The translations under genes and the position numbers were made by a program. A stretch of DNA of 64,000 nucleotides from IMG/VR virus record IMGVR_UViG_2061766007_000705; one strand, written 5' to 3'. Shown in pieces: positions 38,262 through 46,936 of the stretch; the stretch's first letter is position 1, and every line of letters begins with the position of its first letter. The notes under the pieces were generated by a model that made no database searches, was not told where the DNA came from, and was given only the letters and a program-made list of their open reading frames with translations. The stretch is from a virus. Taxonomy: Duplodnaviria > Caudoviricetes.

Positions 38262-39362
38262 CTATTTCTCATTCTGAAAATCTTCTTTTTCTTCATCTTC
38301 TAATATCTTTCCGATATTCTTTTCAAGTATTTTATCAAACTTATCAAGGTCTTTATATTCCTTCTCTTCTCTCGAAGTATCATCATATACTCGAACCATA
38401 TCATTACTATGCCAACCCATAATAGCAGTAATAGTTTCATAAGATAAGCCTGCTTTAACCCATTCTGTTACTGTTCTATGTCTGCAACAGTGAAAATAAA
38501 AATCTACTTTTTCGTGCTTTTTATTAGACGGGTCTAAATAAGTTAAATAATTACTATATCCTTCTTTCCATCTTTGACAACGACTAACAGAAATAGGACT
38601 GCCATCAATATTTATAAATAAAAAATTATGGTCTTCCACTTTTAACTCTTTAAGAATTTTCTTTCTTTCTGCTTTCCATTCATAAAATGCTGGTAAAAAT
38701 GAATCTTTTAATATGAATTTATAATCCATATAACCATCTTTACCTCTACCTTTACATTTTACCTTTTGGGTTGTCTTTAAAAATAAACCATTAAAACCAG
38801 TGCTATCTTCATCAATCATATCTACTGTGATACGACAAAGTTCACTAATTCTCATTCCAGAATTAATAGCCAACATTAAGAAACAATATTCTTGAACACT
38901 TCTATTCGCCTTTACCCAAGGTAAAAGATTATTAAGTTGTTCATCTCTTAATACAGTTTTAGTTCTAACTGGTGTTTTAATCAATCTATCTATTTTAGGA
39001 AACAAATTTCTATAATTAGGATATTCATCATCAAGAATATTTTCAATGAATTTACCCAATGAATTTAATGAACTATGACAACGATTTTCTCTTGCACCAT
39101 TCCATTTTAAGTCATCAACAGTATAATTAAAAAAATCCATTATCTCTGATTTACGAATATCTATAATACTTTTATTGTTATTATATTTTACATTCCAACA
39201 AAAGAAAATATTATAATCAGAACGATAATTTTTAATTGTCATTGGTGAACATTTTGTACCTAAATTTTTAAGATACTTATCCATTATTCTTTTATTAATT
39301 GGATTAATCTGTGCGATAGTCTCGTCATCAGTAATTTTTATTCGTGTTGTCTGTCTACTCAT
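38262..39362 (-). CDS. Tyrosine recombinase embedded in the tail module (SPbeta YomM-like)
   Basis: Intact catalytic set: SGMRISEL (R), KGRGK (K), HCCRH (HxxR), MGWHS (W), VRVY (Y); N-terminal core-binding domain. Confidence 0.9.
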   Translation of the reverse strand: MSRQTTRIKITDDETIAQINPINKRIMDKYLKNLGTKCSPMTIKNYRSDYNIFFCWNVKYNNNKSIIDIRKSEIMDFFNYTVDDLKWNGARENRCHSSLNSLGKFIENILDDEYPNYRNLFPKIDRLIKTPVRTKTVLRDEQLNNLLPWVKANRSVQEYCFLMLAINSGMRISELCRITVDMIDEDSTGFNGLFLKTTQKVKCKGRGKDGYMDYKFILKDSFLPAFYEWKAERKKILKELKVEDHNFLFINIDGSPISVSRCQRWKEGYSNYLTYLDPSNKKHEKVDFYFHCCRHRTVTEWVKAGLSYETITAIMGWHSNDMVRVYDDTSREEKEYKDLDKFDKILEKNIGKILEDEEKEDFQNEK

Positions 39363-39397
39363 ATCAATCCATCCTCATATTAAATAATATAATATCC

Positions 39398-39694
39398 TTA
39401 CACAATAGGTGACACAGATACAATATGGAAACCATTAAAATCTGTATATTTCACTTCTACATATTGTGTATTAAATGTACCTTTAACCATATATCCATTG
39501 CCACCAATTTCAATGGAAGTTTTATTTCTACTTGGATATACACAAATCACCTTACCGTGTGTAGTTTTTACATCATTTCTCTTTGGTTCTTCAACTACAG
39601 TTTCTTCAATTTCATCTGTTGTAATTTCTTCTGTTACTTCGAAATTACCTTCAATAACATTATCATTATAACGATTCTTCTTATTCTTAGCCAT
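39398..39694 (-). CDS. Hypothetical protein
   Basis: ORF with GAAAGGAAGG RBS. Confidence 0.65.
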   Translation of the reverse strand: MAKNKKNRYNDNVIEGNFEVTEEITTDEIEETVVEEPKRNDVKTTHGKVICVYPSRNKTSIEIGGNGYMVKGTFNTQYVEVKYTDFNGFHIVSVSPIV

Positions 39695-39713
39695 TTGTAA
39701 CCTTCCTTTCTAA

Positions 39714-39902
39714 TTATTTATTAGCATTAGTTTCTATATTACAACCATTCGTTTTATAGAATGCGGAATTTTCAACTTTACGTTTCTCCCTACAATAATA
39801 TGTGTATGGACATATCTGATTAGTAATGTCACACATACCTATTGCTTGAGAGCCACGAGAAGCATCCCGAAAATATTTACAGTTACCATTATTATTGTCC
39901 AT
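39714..39902 (-). CDS. Small Cys-rich protein (likely start MDNNNG)
   Basis: Five Cys; GGGGAG RBS; a terminator lies just upstream. Confidence 0.6.
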   Translation of the reverse strand: MDNNNGNCKYFRDASRGSQAIGMCDITNQICPYTYYCREKRKVENSAFYKTNGCNIETNANK

Positions 39903-39943
39903 ACTCTTTCTCCCTTTAAAAACATTCTTAAAAATCAGCAAAA

Positions 39944-39988
39944 AATTAGGGTACGTTTTCGATAAAAATCGGTGAACGCACCCTAATT
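39944..39988 (-). terminator. Terminator after major tail gene
   Basis: AATTAGGGT / ACCCTAATT stem with T tract. Confidence 0.65.
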
Positions 39989-40021
39989 ATATTTAATTGT
40001 ATATCAAACTATTTGGTCTGA

Positions 40022-41110
40022 TTAGTTAGTAACCTCTACATTTGCAGTAGCAGTCCAAGTTGTAGGTACAGTAGCACCATTGGACAGAGTAGCAGTTACA
40101 ACAGCTGTACCAGCAGTATCACCCGCAGTAACAACACCAGTAGTAGCATTTACAGTTGTTCCAGTTGCAGTACCTTCCTCAATGGAGAATGTAAGACCTT
40201 GAGTTGGTGCATACGGAGCTCCAGTTACAGGAATTACAAGGCAGTTAACTGTTGCAGTACCAGTGCCCTTTACAATTTCAATATCAGAGTTAGTTACTAC
40301 AAATGCCTTAAGGTCAGAATAAGGTTCTTGACCATAGATAGTCTCCTTAATCTGAGCATAGATTTCTGTGGATGTGCAACCACCAGAAGTGGAATTGCTA
40401 TAAGCAAGAGCACGACCACTAAGCGGAGTATTGGAAATACCACTCGAAGTCATCTGAAGAGTAAGAGCAGATGGATTCAGTTGTACTGTAGGTACTTCAA
40501 CTTCAATCTCACCAATTACGGAAGAAGAAGAATCAGCCTTACCGCTTTCAGAAGCACCAAGTTGAGCCTTCATAACAATTCTAACAATAGAAGGAACAAG
40601 ATTTGCATCTACTTCCATATACTTAGTGTTAGTATCTTGTACATTGAAGGTTACACAATAAGTACCGTCAGCAATAGAACCACTTTTTGGAGCGAATGTA
40701 GAACCAGTAAATACTACCTCAGTAGTGTTACCATCTTTATCTTCTACAAAACCCATAACTGCACCAGTTACAAATGCAGAGTTAACTGGAGTACCAGTAG
40801 TTACTGTACCACTATTGCTTGTAACTGTAACAGTTTCGGACACCTGACGGATACCGTTTGCTTGAATAGTAGAACCAATAGATGGAGCGAGAAGTTCCAT
40901 ATTCCACTGCTGGTCAGTCAGTTTAATGTTAAACTCAGCAGTGTGGTAATAAACGAACTGAAGTTTATTGCCCTTGCCTGCTCTTGCATCTTCATTTGAA
41001 ATAGTAGTTTCAATTGAAGAATCAATAAGTGTCTGTGACTTGAAAAGCAGTTCAGATGTGCCAGTCTTATAGCCGTATACGTCAGCTACTGAAAATAAAA
41101 ACTTTTTCAA
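40022..41110 (-). CDS. Major tail tube protein with C-terminal Ig-like domain
   Basis: Ser/Thr/Gly-rich beta protein; C-terminal V.ATTGVVTA...GTAVVTAT Big_2-like segment; TTG start. Confidence 0.8.
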   Translation of the reverse strand: MKKFLFSVADVYGYKTGTSELLFKSQTLIDSSIETTISNEDARAGKGNKLQFVYYHTAEFNIKLTDQQWNMELLAPSIGSTIQANGIRQVSETVTVTSNSGTVTTGTPVNSAFVTGAVMGFVEDKDGNTTEVVFTGSTFAPKSGSIADGTYCVTFNVQDTNTKYMEVDANLVPSIVRIVMKAQLGASESGKADSSSSVIGEIEVEVPTVQLNPSALTLQMTSSGISNTPLSGRALAYSNSTSGGCTSTEIYAQIKETIYGQEPYSDLKAFVVTNSDIEIVKGTGTATVNCLVIPVTGAPYAPTQGLTFSIEEGTATGTTVNATTGVVTAGDTAGTAVVTATLSNGATVPTTWTATANVEVTN

Positions 41111-41137
41111 CGCAGTTTCCTCACTTTCTTTTATTAA

Positions 41138-41944
41138 TTAATTTGCTTTCGCTATACCATTAGTATTTGCGAATTTATCGTAATCAGTTACATTCTTAGT
41201 AACGTCATTATCTATCTTTGACAACCAATGTGGCGGTCTATTGGATTCATCAAATTGACCAAATCCACTCATAGATGCTTGTGTTAAAATTTTATAATTT
41301 ATCAACAAATCCGAACGCTCTAAGAACTTTTTAAACTTTCTAATGGAAAGTTCTTTTATTGTGTTTATATCAAACCCAGTCACTAAAGACAAACTCACTA
41401 CCCTATCTTCCAACGAAGAATCTTCGGCTTGTGAATTCTTTAATGATAAGGTTTTACTTAATTCATACCTTACCCTCGGGTCGAGTGTAAAGAGAGTTAA
41501 ATCTATATCATTTTGCATACAAATAATCTGTCTAATATTATCAAAATCTTTTGAATTAATTTTAATTTCATTAAATCCTAATAAATTACGTCCTTTTTCA
41601 TCTGTAAAAATCAAAAGTTGATTATTTGCATCAAAAAAATCTATGTTAAAACATAGACTAAGCAATTTGATAACTTGTGTGTTTAATAATTCTTCTGGAT
41701 GTTTCGTTGACCTATACAATACATAATCTAAATATGTCATTTGATATATACTTAAATTATCTTTTCCTTCTTCATCATTGTATTGGTCTAATAATAGACA
41801 ACGATTACATAAATTAAAATCTACATAATCTTTTACTTTAATAGGAAATATATCAACAAAACCTTCAACACATTGATATTTAATTGGTTCATCAAAAGTT
41901 ATTTCTTTTTCAAAAATTAAATCTAAATGTTCTAATTTTTCCAT
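41138..41944 (-). CDS. Tail assembly protein (putative chaperone)
   Basis: Synteny with SPbeta-like tail module. Confidence 0.5.
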   Translation of the reverse strand: MEKLEHLDLIFEKEITFDEPIKYQCVEGFVDIFPIKVKDYVDFNLCNRCLLLDQYNDEEGKDNLSIYQMTYLDYVLYRSTKHPEELLNTQVIKLLSLCFNIDFFDANNQLLIFTDEKGRNLLGFNEIKINSKDFDNIRQIICMQNDIDLTLFTLDPRVRYELSKTLSLKNSQAEDSSLEDRVVSLSLVTGFDINTIKELSIRKFKKFLERSDLLINYKILTQASMSGFGQFDESNRPPHWLSKIDNDVTKNVTDYDKFANTNGIAKAN

Positions 41945-41970
41945 TTATCAAAGTCTCCTAATCCATATAT

Positions 41971-42576
41971 TTAATCAGCGACTTTGCAACCGACAACAAG
42001 TTTAATACCGCAATAGTTACGATTGTTATAAAGACCAAATTCTACTTTAGTTTTATAACCACCATCCATATCAAAAAATAACCTACCAACTGAACCAACT
42101 TCAGCACCATTGAGTGTTTCAAGAACTTGTTGTAAAAGAACTTCTAACCTATTTTCATAAGTTACACTTTTTTGTCCTTCTTCTTCACCTAAATCACTCA
42201 TAATCTGAATACACTTCATATGTGTAATTAATTCAATAGTGTAATAAGATGTAGAAGCAACTCTATTGTTTGGAAGAATACTTGATAAATAAATTCTAAT
42301 CATTGTTTGTGCAACATCGTTTGCATCATCAAGAAATGGTTGTCTAAAAACGCCTCTTTGTGTAGCATCATCTAATACCCAACGACTACCATCCCAAACA
42401 CTTCCCTTATAAATTAAATTTTGCTTTTCTTCTAAAGTCAAATTGTTCTTCAATAACGCATCGGTGTCAGGGTACTTTAATAACTTCCAAATGATTTCAT
42501 TTTCAAACAATCTATTGATAATGGCATCGGGAATGTATCTTAATGAAGTATATTTATTATATGTATTAATCTCCAT
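41971..42576 (-). CDS. Putative tail terminator / head-tail protein
   Basis: WKLLKY...DAL motif; synteny. Confidence 0.5.
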   Translation of the reverse strand: MEINTYNKYTSLRYIPDAIINRLFENEIIWKLLKYPDTDALLKNNLTLEEKQNLIYKGSVWDGSRWVLDDATQRGVFRQPFLDDANDVAQTMIRIYLSSILPNNRVASTSYYTIELITHMKCIQIMSDLGEEEGQKSVTYENRLEVLLQQVLETLNGAEVGSVGRLFFDMDGGYKTKVEFGLYNNRNYCGIKLVVGCKVAD

Positions 42577-43589
42577 TAATAAGCACCCCCTAACATAATA
42601 TCTATATTTATCTTTTCTTCCGTTATATTATTCTTACACTCTATTACAATAGGTGCAGTAAGATACTTTTTAATATTTTTAATTGTAAAATGATTATCAT
42701 CTACAACAGTAAATTCATATCTACTTGTTGGTACGACATCATTAATTATAGTAAATGTAAAAGTATCAGTTGTTACATTACCATCTACAAATCTGAAACA
42801 ACTAAACTCAGTTGTTTGACCTTGTAATACAGTATGATTTTCTGGTAAAATTTCAGTATATTCTTCTTGTTGTGCAGTATTATCAATTACAGGCATACCA
42901 CCATTAAGTCTATCATCAAAATCATCTGTACTTTGAATTGTATCCAAAGTTGCTTCAACTCTAATGAGTGGACTTCCTTTTTCGTCAAAAGTAGTATCGC
43001 TTAAATAATTGATAACTGATTTAACTTTATATGCTTGATTGTAACCAATTAAAAATCTATCATTAATTGAAATATCTTTTGTGATGTCATTCATTTGTAG
43101 CCAAATGGCAATAGCACCTTGTGGCACATCAACTGAATTATTATAATACACACTACCAAATTTTAAAGCAGGGTCAATAACACAAGGCTCTTTGTAAATA
43201 ACATTTTGTTTATTAATAAAAGTCAAATAATTATTACACCTATGAATAACGCAATTCTTTGTAGGTGAACTATATTTCTGTATATTTACTGTAAGCCAAA
43301 TGCTATTTTTATATCTATATTTTTGCCCCATAATTGGATTTTCATCAACATTAAAAATTAATGCCAACCAATCATCGGATAATGCCAAACCCGTACCTGG
43401 GTCGGTGACACTTGTTAGTCTTATGTTAATATTTTCGTATTCGTTTTGACCTATAGCCAATTGCCTTTCAATCTCAAACCAATTATAAGCATTTCTGTAT
43501 TGACGTGACATAAATGCATTCCATCCGTTTTGACGTTTTACATTTGGTGGTACACGTAATGGTAACGAAGCATCCCAATATTTACCCAT
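42576..43589 (-). CDS. Putative head-closure protein with C-terminal Ig-like region
   Basis: Synteny; beta-rich. Confidence 0.5.
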   Translation of the reverse strand: MGKYWDASLPLRVPPNVKRQNGWNAFMSRQYRNAYNWFEIERQLAIGQNEYENINIRLTSVTDPGTGLALSDDWLALIFNVDENPIMGQKYRYKNSIWLTVNIQKYSSPTKNCVIHRCNNYLTFINKQNVIYKEPCVIDPALKFGSVYYNNSVDVPQGAIAIWLQMNDITKDISINDRFLIGYNQAYKVKSVINYLSDTTFDEKGSPLIRVEATLDTIQSTDDFDDRLNGGMPVIDNTAQQEEYTEILPENHTVLQGQTTEFSCFRFVDGNVTTDTFTFTIINDVVPTSRYEFTVVDDNHFTIKNIKKYLTAPIVIECKNNITEEKINIDIMLGGAY

Positions 43590-43600
43590 TGTATCACCAC

Positions 43601-43945
43601 CTATTCTTCATCGGTGCGGGTATAATTTGATTGTATCTTTTTACAAATGTTGATTAATCCGAATACTTGAGACCTTAATATATCGTGGTCATCAATTGTA
43701 ATATCTTTCAACCCCTCGACAATATTTCTCATAGTTTCAAATTCGGCAATGTTTTCATAGTTTCTTACGCAACCAGACAATTCAATCTTTAACTTTACTA
43801 ATGATTTCTGATAATTATCGTATGCAACCTCACGTGGAACTACTGTATCCGTATCGTTATTTACACGACCTTCCATAGTACATAATAAAGCATAAAATGA
43901 TGAAATTAATTTGGTGCAGTAATTATTTAGTACGTTTTTATTCAT
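43601..43945 (-). CDS. Hypothetical protein
   Basis: ORF in head-tail module. Confidence 0.6.
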   Translation of the reverse strand: MNKNVLNNYCTKLISSFYALLCTMEGRVNNDTDTVVPREVAYDNYQKSLVKLKIELSGCVRNYENIAEFETMRNIVEGLKDITIDDHDILRSQVFGLINICKKIQSNYTRTDEE

Positions 43946-43967
43946 TAGTCTATCCCTTCTTATTACT

Positions 43968-44417
43968 TTACCAACTTTGTAATGTTGGATTGTTTAACCA
44001 ATCAGCATTACTGTAACCGTATTCTGAAATCATACGGTCACACTCTTCTGTGACAACATTGTAATACTCTTTCTTTGCATTAAGATTTTGAGCTGATGAA
44101 TGTGTCTTAAAATCTCTGTCATTTAATGGATTATCTATTTGGGTTACATTACTAATCCTTTTCTTCAACCATACCTTATGCATTAATTTAGATAAGATTG
44201 TTTTCTCTACATCCGTTAATGTTACGTTAAAGTGTGCTTCTTCATCATCCCTATCGGACAAATCTTTTTTACACTTTGAAAACTCAGCAATCGCCAACAT
44301 CAAAAACCCTTGCAAATATGTCTGAAAATCACTGGGTGAAACATCATACAATTCTTTCAATTCGTAATCATCCACAACTTGAGTGAATAAATCATAAATT
44401 TCATCATATGTTGTCAT
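43968..44417 (-). CDS. Putative head-tail adaptor
   Basis: Helical; T.Y.EIY..F...DF...S.A..L pattern; synteny. Confidence 0.55.
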   Translation of the reverse strand: MTTYDEIYDLFTQVVDDYELKELYDVSPSDFQTYLQGFLMLAIAEFSKCKKDLSDRDDEEAHFNVTLTDVEKTILSKLMHKVWLKKRISNVTQIDNPLNDRDFKTHSSAQNLNAKKEYYNVVTEECDRMISEYGYSNADWLNNPTLQSW

Positions 44418-44429
44418 AATTTTTCACCA

Positions 44430-45152
44430 TTATTTTTCTGATTCTATTTCTTTAACAGTTTCTTCATAATGCATATAATCATCAACCATTGTATCAATAT
44501 TGACCTTGCAATCCTTATTGATAACATTGATTATATTCATAGATACATCTTGATTATCAACAACTGCCTTAACAACATTGTTAATTACTGCTTTCTTCTG
44601 AGAAGATGATAATTTTGTGAAAATAGGTTCAAATTCATCTACGCTCTTATTAACGAGTTCATCCAAAGCCTGCTTATTTAAAATTTCATCATAATTAGCC
44701 TTTAAGCCTTGTGCACTTACAACTTTTTCATTCAGAATGTAAAAAGCACCTTCCATTGCCAACTTACGATGGTTTCTAACGATTTCCATAATATCAGAAT
44801 AAATAATATTCTGTACTTCGCCATACTCACCAAAGTTATAGAACTTACCTTTTCCAGCCTTCAGAATCAGTCTTGTAGAAGCAAGTGACATAACTGGGAT
44901 ATATCTATCTGGACGAATTACAATCTCGTCATAATCTTCAATTTCACTTTGCTGAACTTCTACATTATTTGTAGTTGTATTTGCAACAACTGTATTCTGT
45001 GTGTTTGCAAGATTCTCAATGAGTTTCTTCATTTCATCAAGTTGAGACTGCATATCGCTAACAGTGTTTGTAAGTTGTGCATTTTCCATTTCCAATTGTG
45101 CCTTAGTTTTAGTATTTGCTGTTGTTGTTGTCTTAGACTTAGTATTAGCCAT
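44430..45152 (-). CDS. Hypothetical head-module protein
   Basis: Follows major capsid gene, as in SPbeta-like phages. Confidence 0.6.
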   Translation of the reverse strand: MANTKSKTTTTANTKTKAQLEMENAQLTNTVSDMQSQLDEMKKLIENLANTQNTVVANTTTNNVEVQQSEIEDYDEIVIRPDRYIPVMSLASTRLILKAGKGKFYNFGEYGEVQNIIYSDIMEIVRNHRKLAMEGAFYILNEKVVSAQGLKANYDEILNKQALDELVNKSVDEFEPIFTKLSSSQKKAVINNVVKAVVDNQDVSMNIINVINKDCKVNIDTMVDDYMHYEETVKEIESEK

Positions 45153-45197
45153 AATTTTCGTTCCTTTCTTCTTTTAATCGAAATATCCTTAAACAAA

Positions 45198-45225
45198 GTG
45201 GGGAGATAAATTAATATCTCCCCAC
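45198..45225 (-). terminator. Terminator after major capsid gene
   Basis: GTGGGGAGATA / TATCTCCCCAC. Confidence 0.75.
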
Positions 45226-45257
45226 AAAATGTATGTGTACGAATTAATCAGTATTAA

Positions 45258-46358
45258 TTACTGAAGTACATAAAGAGCTGCTACAGACGAAGTAGCAATT
45301 GCAGTACCCCAAGACTTAATCATAGTGGTGTCAGACTGGAGGTTAGCATTTTCAAAGTGGTTAGTTGTGTTGGAGAGAGTGTTGCCCTCGATGCAGAGTT
45401 TAACTGGCTTGCTCTGCGGAGCGATGATATAGAGTTTATCATCATCAAGCAGAGTAGCGAATGGGTTCTCCCAATCTGCAACCTGCGGAAGTTCAAGAGT
45501 GTCATAACCAGAAATAGTCTGAATATAACCAACCTTTACGTAATCACTCTGAATGTCATATCTATAGTTTGCATTTGCAGGAAGTACCTTTGCAAGAGCA
45601 GCTTTAGTACCTACAACGATAGGCTTCATACCACCGTTCCAAGCGGAAACCTTTGTCGCAAGGTCAACGAGAGTACCTTGGTCGAATGCACCAGTAACCT
45701 TAAGAGCAGTGTTAGAAGGAGTAGTAGGAAGATTGTTCATAGCAGTGTTGAATGCTACATAGCAATCATAAGCCATCTGAGTCTCAATGCTTCTAATAGC
45801 TTTGATAGCGAACTCAGCCAGAGATTCCTTACCACAGAGAACTCTGTAAAGGGAAACCTGTACAGTGATTTCTCTTGCTTCTGGAATAACGTTTACTTGA
45901 CCTCTGAACTGCTTTGTGCTTTCAACCTTTCTGCGACCTCTACCGTGCTTTGATACGAGGAACAGGTCTCTAGGCTGAACGTCAAATGAGAAGGAATCGC
46001 CCCAATCACCTACACGTACTTCTGTGTAAAGACCAGTGTCTTCGATAATAGTCTCAGGAAGAACCATATCAATCATAGCACCGATAACTGCAAATGTCGC
46101 CCAAATTACGTTAGGGTTCATAGCAAACGAAGCCATTGGAAGATTACCGATATTGGAAACCTGGGATACTCTCTCGATTTCAGAGAAGAGAGCCTTGTTG
46201 ATTGCTTCTTCCTTCTGAACGAGGTCTTTGGAAGTATCGAAAGTTACCTTTGAGCCATAGTTCTGAGACTTGTAGTGATTAAAATAATCACGGAAACTCT
46301 CATATACAGACATATTGTCGCCTGCAAATGTTACGATTTTATCTGAATAAATAGCCAT
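45258..46358 (-). CDS. Major capsid protein
   Basis: 366 aa; codon bias of a highly expressed gene; follows protease/scaffold and decoration genes; followed by a terminator. Confidence 0.82.
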   Translation of the reverse strand: MAIYSDKIVTFAGDNMSVYESFRDYFNHYKSQNYGSKVTFDTSKDLVQKEEAINKALFSEIERVSQVSNIGNLPMASFAMNPNVIWATFAVIGAMIDMVLPETIIEDTGLYTEVRVGDWGDSFSFDVQPRDLFLVSKHGRGRRKVESTKQFRGQVNVIPEAREITVQVSLYRVLCGKESLAEFAIKAIRSIETQMAYDCYVAFNTAMNNLPTTPSNTALKVTGAFDQGTLVDLATKVSAWNGGMKPIVVGTKAALAKVLPANANYRYDIQSDYVKVGYIQTISGYDTLELPQVADWENPFATLLDDDKLYIIAPQSKPVKLCIEGNTLSNTTNHFENANLQSDTTMIKSWGTAIATSSVAALYVLQ

Positions 46359-46389
46359 AATGGATTTTTCTCCTTTCCTTAAAATTTAA

Positions 46390-46908
46390 TTAGTTATTAA
46401 CAACTCTTAACTGATAAGCAGTAACTCTCTGAGTGTCACCAAGAGAACCATTACCGATGGAAACATAAGTAACCTTCTCAATAAGTGCACAGAAAGTATC
46501 AGTAGCAGCTGCTGTTGCAAATACGAGTTTGCCAGTTGCATCAATAACAACGTGGGTATCGCCAGATGCATAAGTATCTTCACCAATCTGAGTGAATGTA
46601 AGAATATCTTCTACCTGTGGCTTGAAGCCCTGGAATACGGAACCAGAAGCGATAGAATAATTTCTTGGGTCTGGGTCAAGACCTTTATATTTACCGTCTG
46701 TTACGTTTACTTCTGGGTCATATGCCATCCAAATACCAACAGTTTTACCTACTGGCTTTGTGCAAGTATGACAATCCTTCTGACCTGCGGTAGTGGACAG
46801 AGCACCCATAACAATTGGGTCACCATTGTGCAGTACGGCAGGAGCGATAAATGAAGCCTGAAAAGTATCTTCATTAGACACTAAGTTCTGAATAAGTACA
46901 TTAGCCAT
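46390..46908 (-). CDS. Capsid decoration/cement protein
   Basis: Beta-rich, 172 aa, between scaffold and capsid genes. Confidence 0.6.
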   Translation of the reverse strand: MANVLIQNLVSNEDTFQASFIAPAVLHNGDPIVMGALSTTAGQKDCHTCTKPVGKTVGIWMAYDPEVNVTDGKYKGLDPDPRNYSIASGSVFQGFKPQVEDILTFTQIGEDTYASGDTHVVIDATGKLVFATAAATDTFCALIEKVTYVSIGNGSLGDTQRVTAYQLRVVNN

Positions 46909-46936
46909 AATTAAAATTTCCTCACTTTCTCAAAAA

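Noticed and set aside
38262-39362. Calling this the prophage integrase or a prophage boundary
   Set aside because: It is flanked on both sides by co-oriented tail genes, with no host genes or att duplication visible.
40199-40999. Long plus-strand ORFs (also 45357..45953, 47204..47806, 35147..35494, 5989..6333 and others)
   Set aside because: They are antisense shadows of codon-biased minus-strand genes, with no convincing RBS or motifs.
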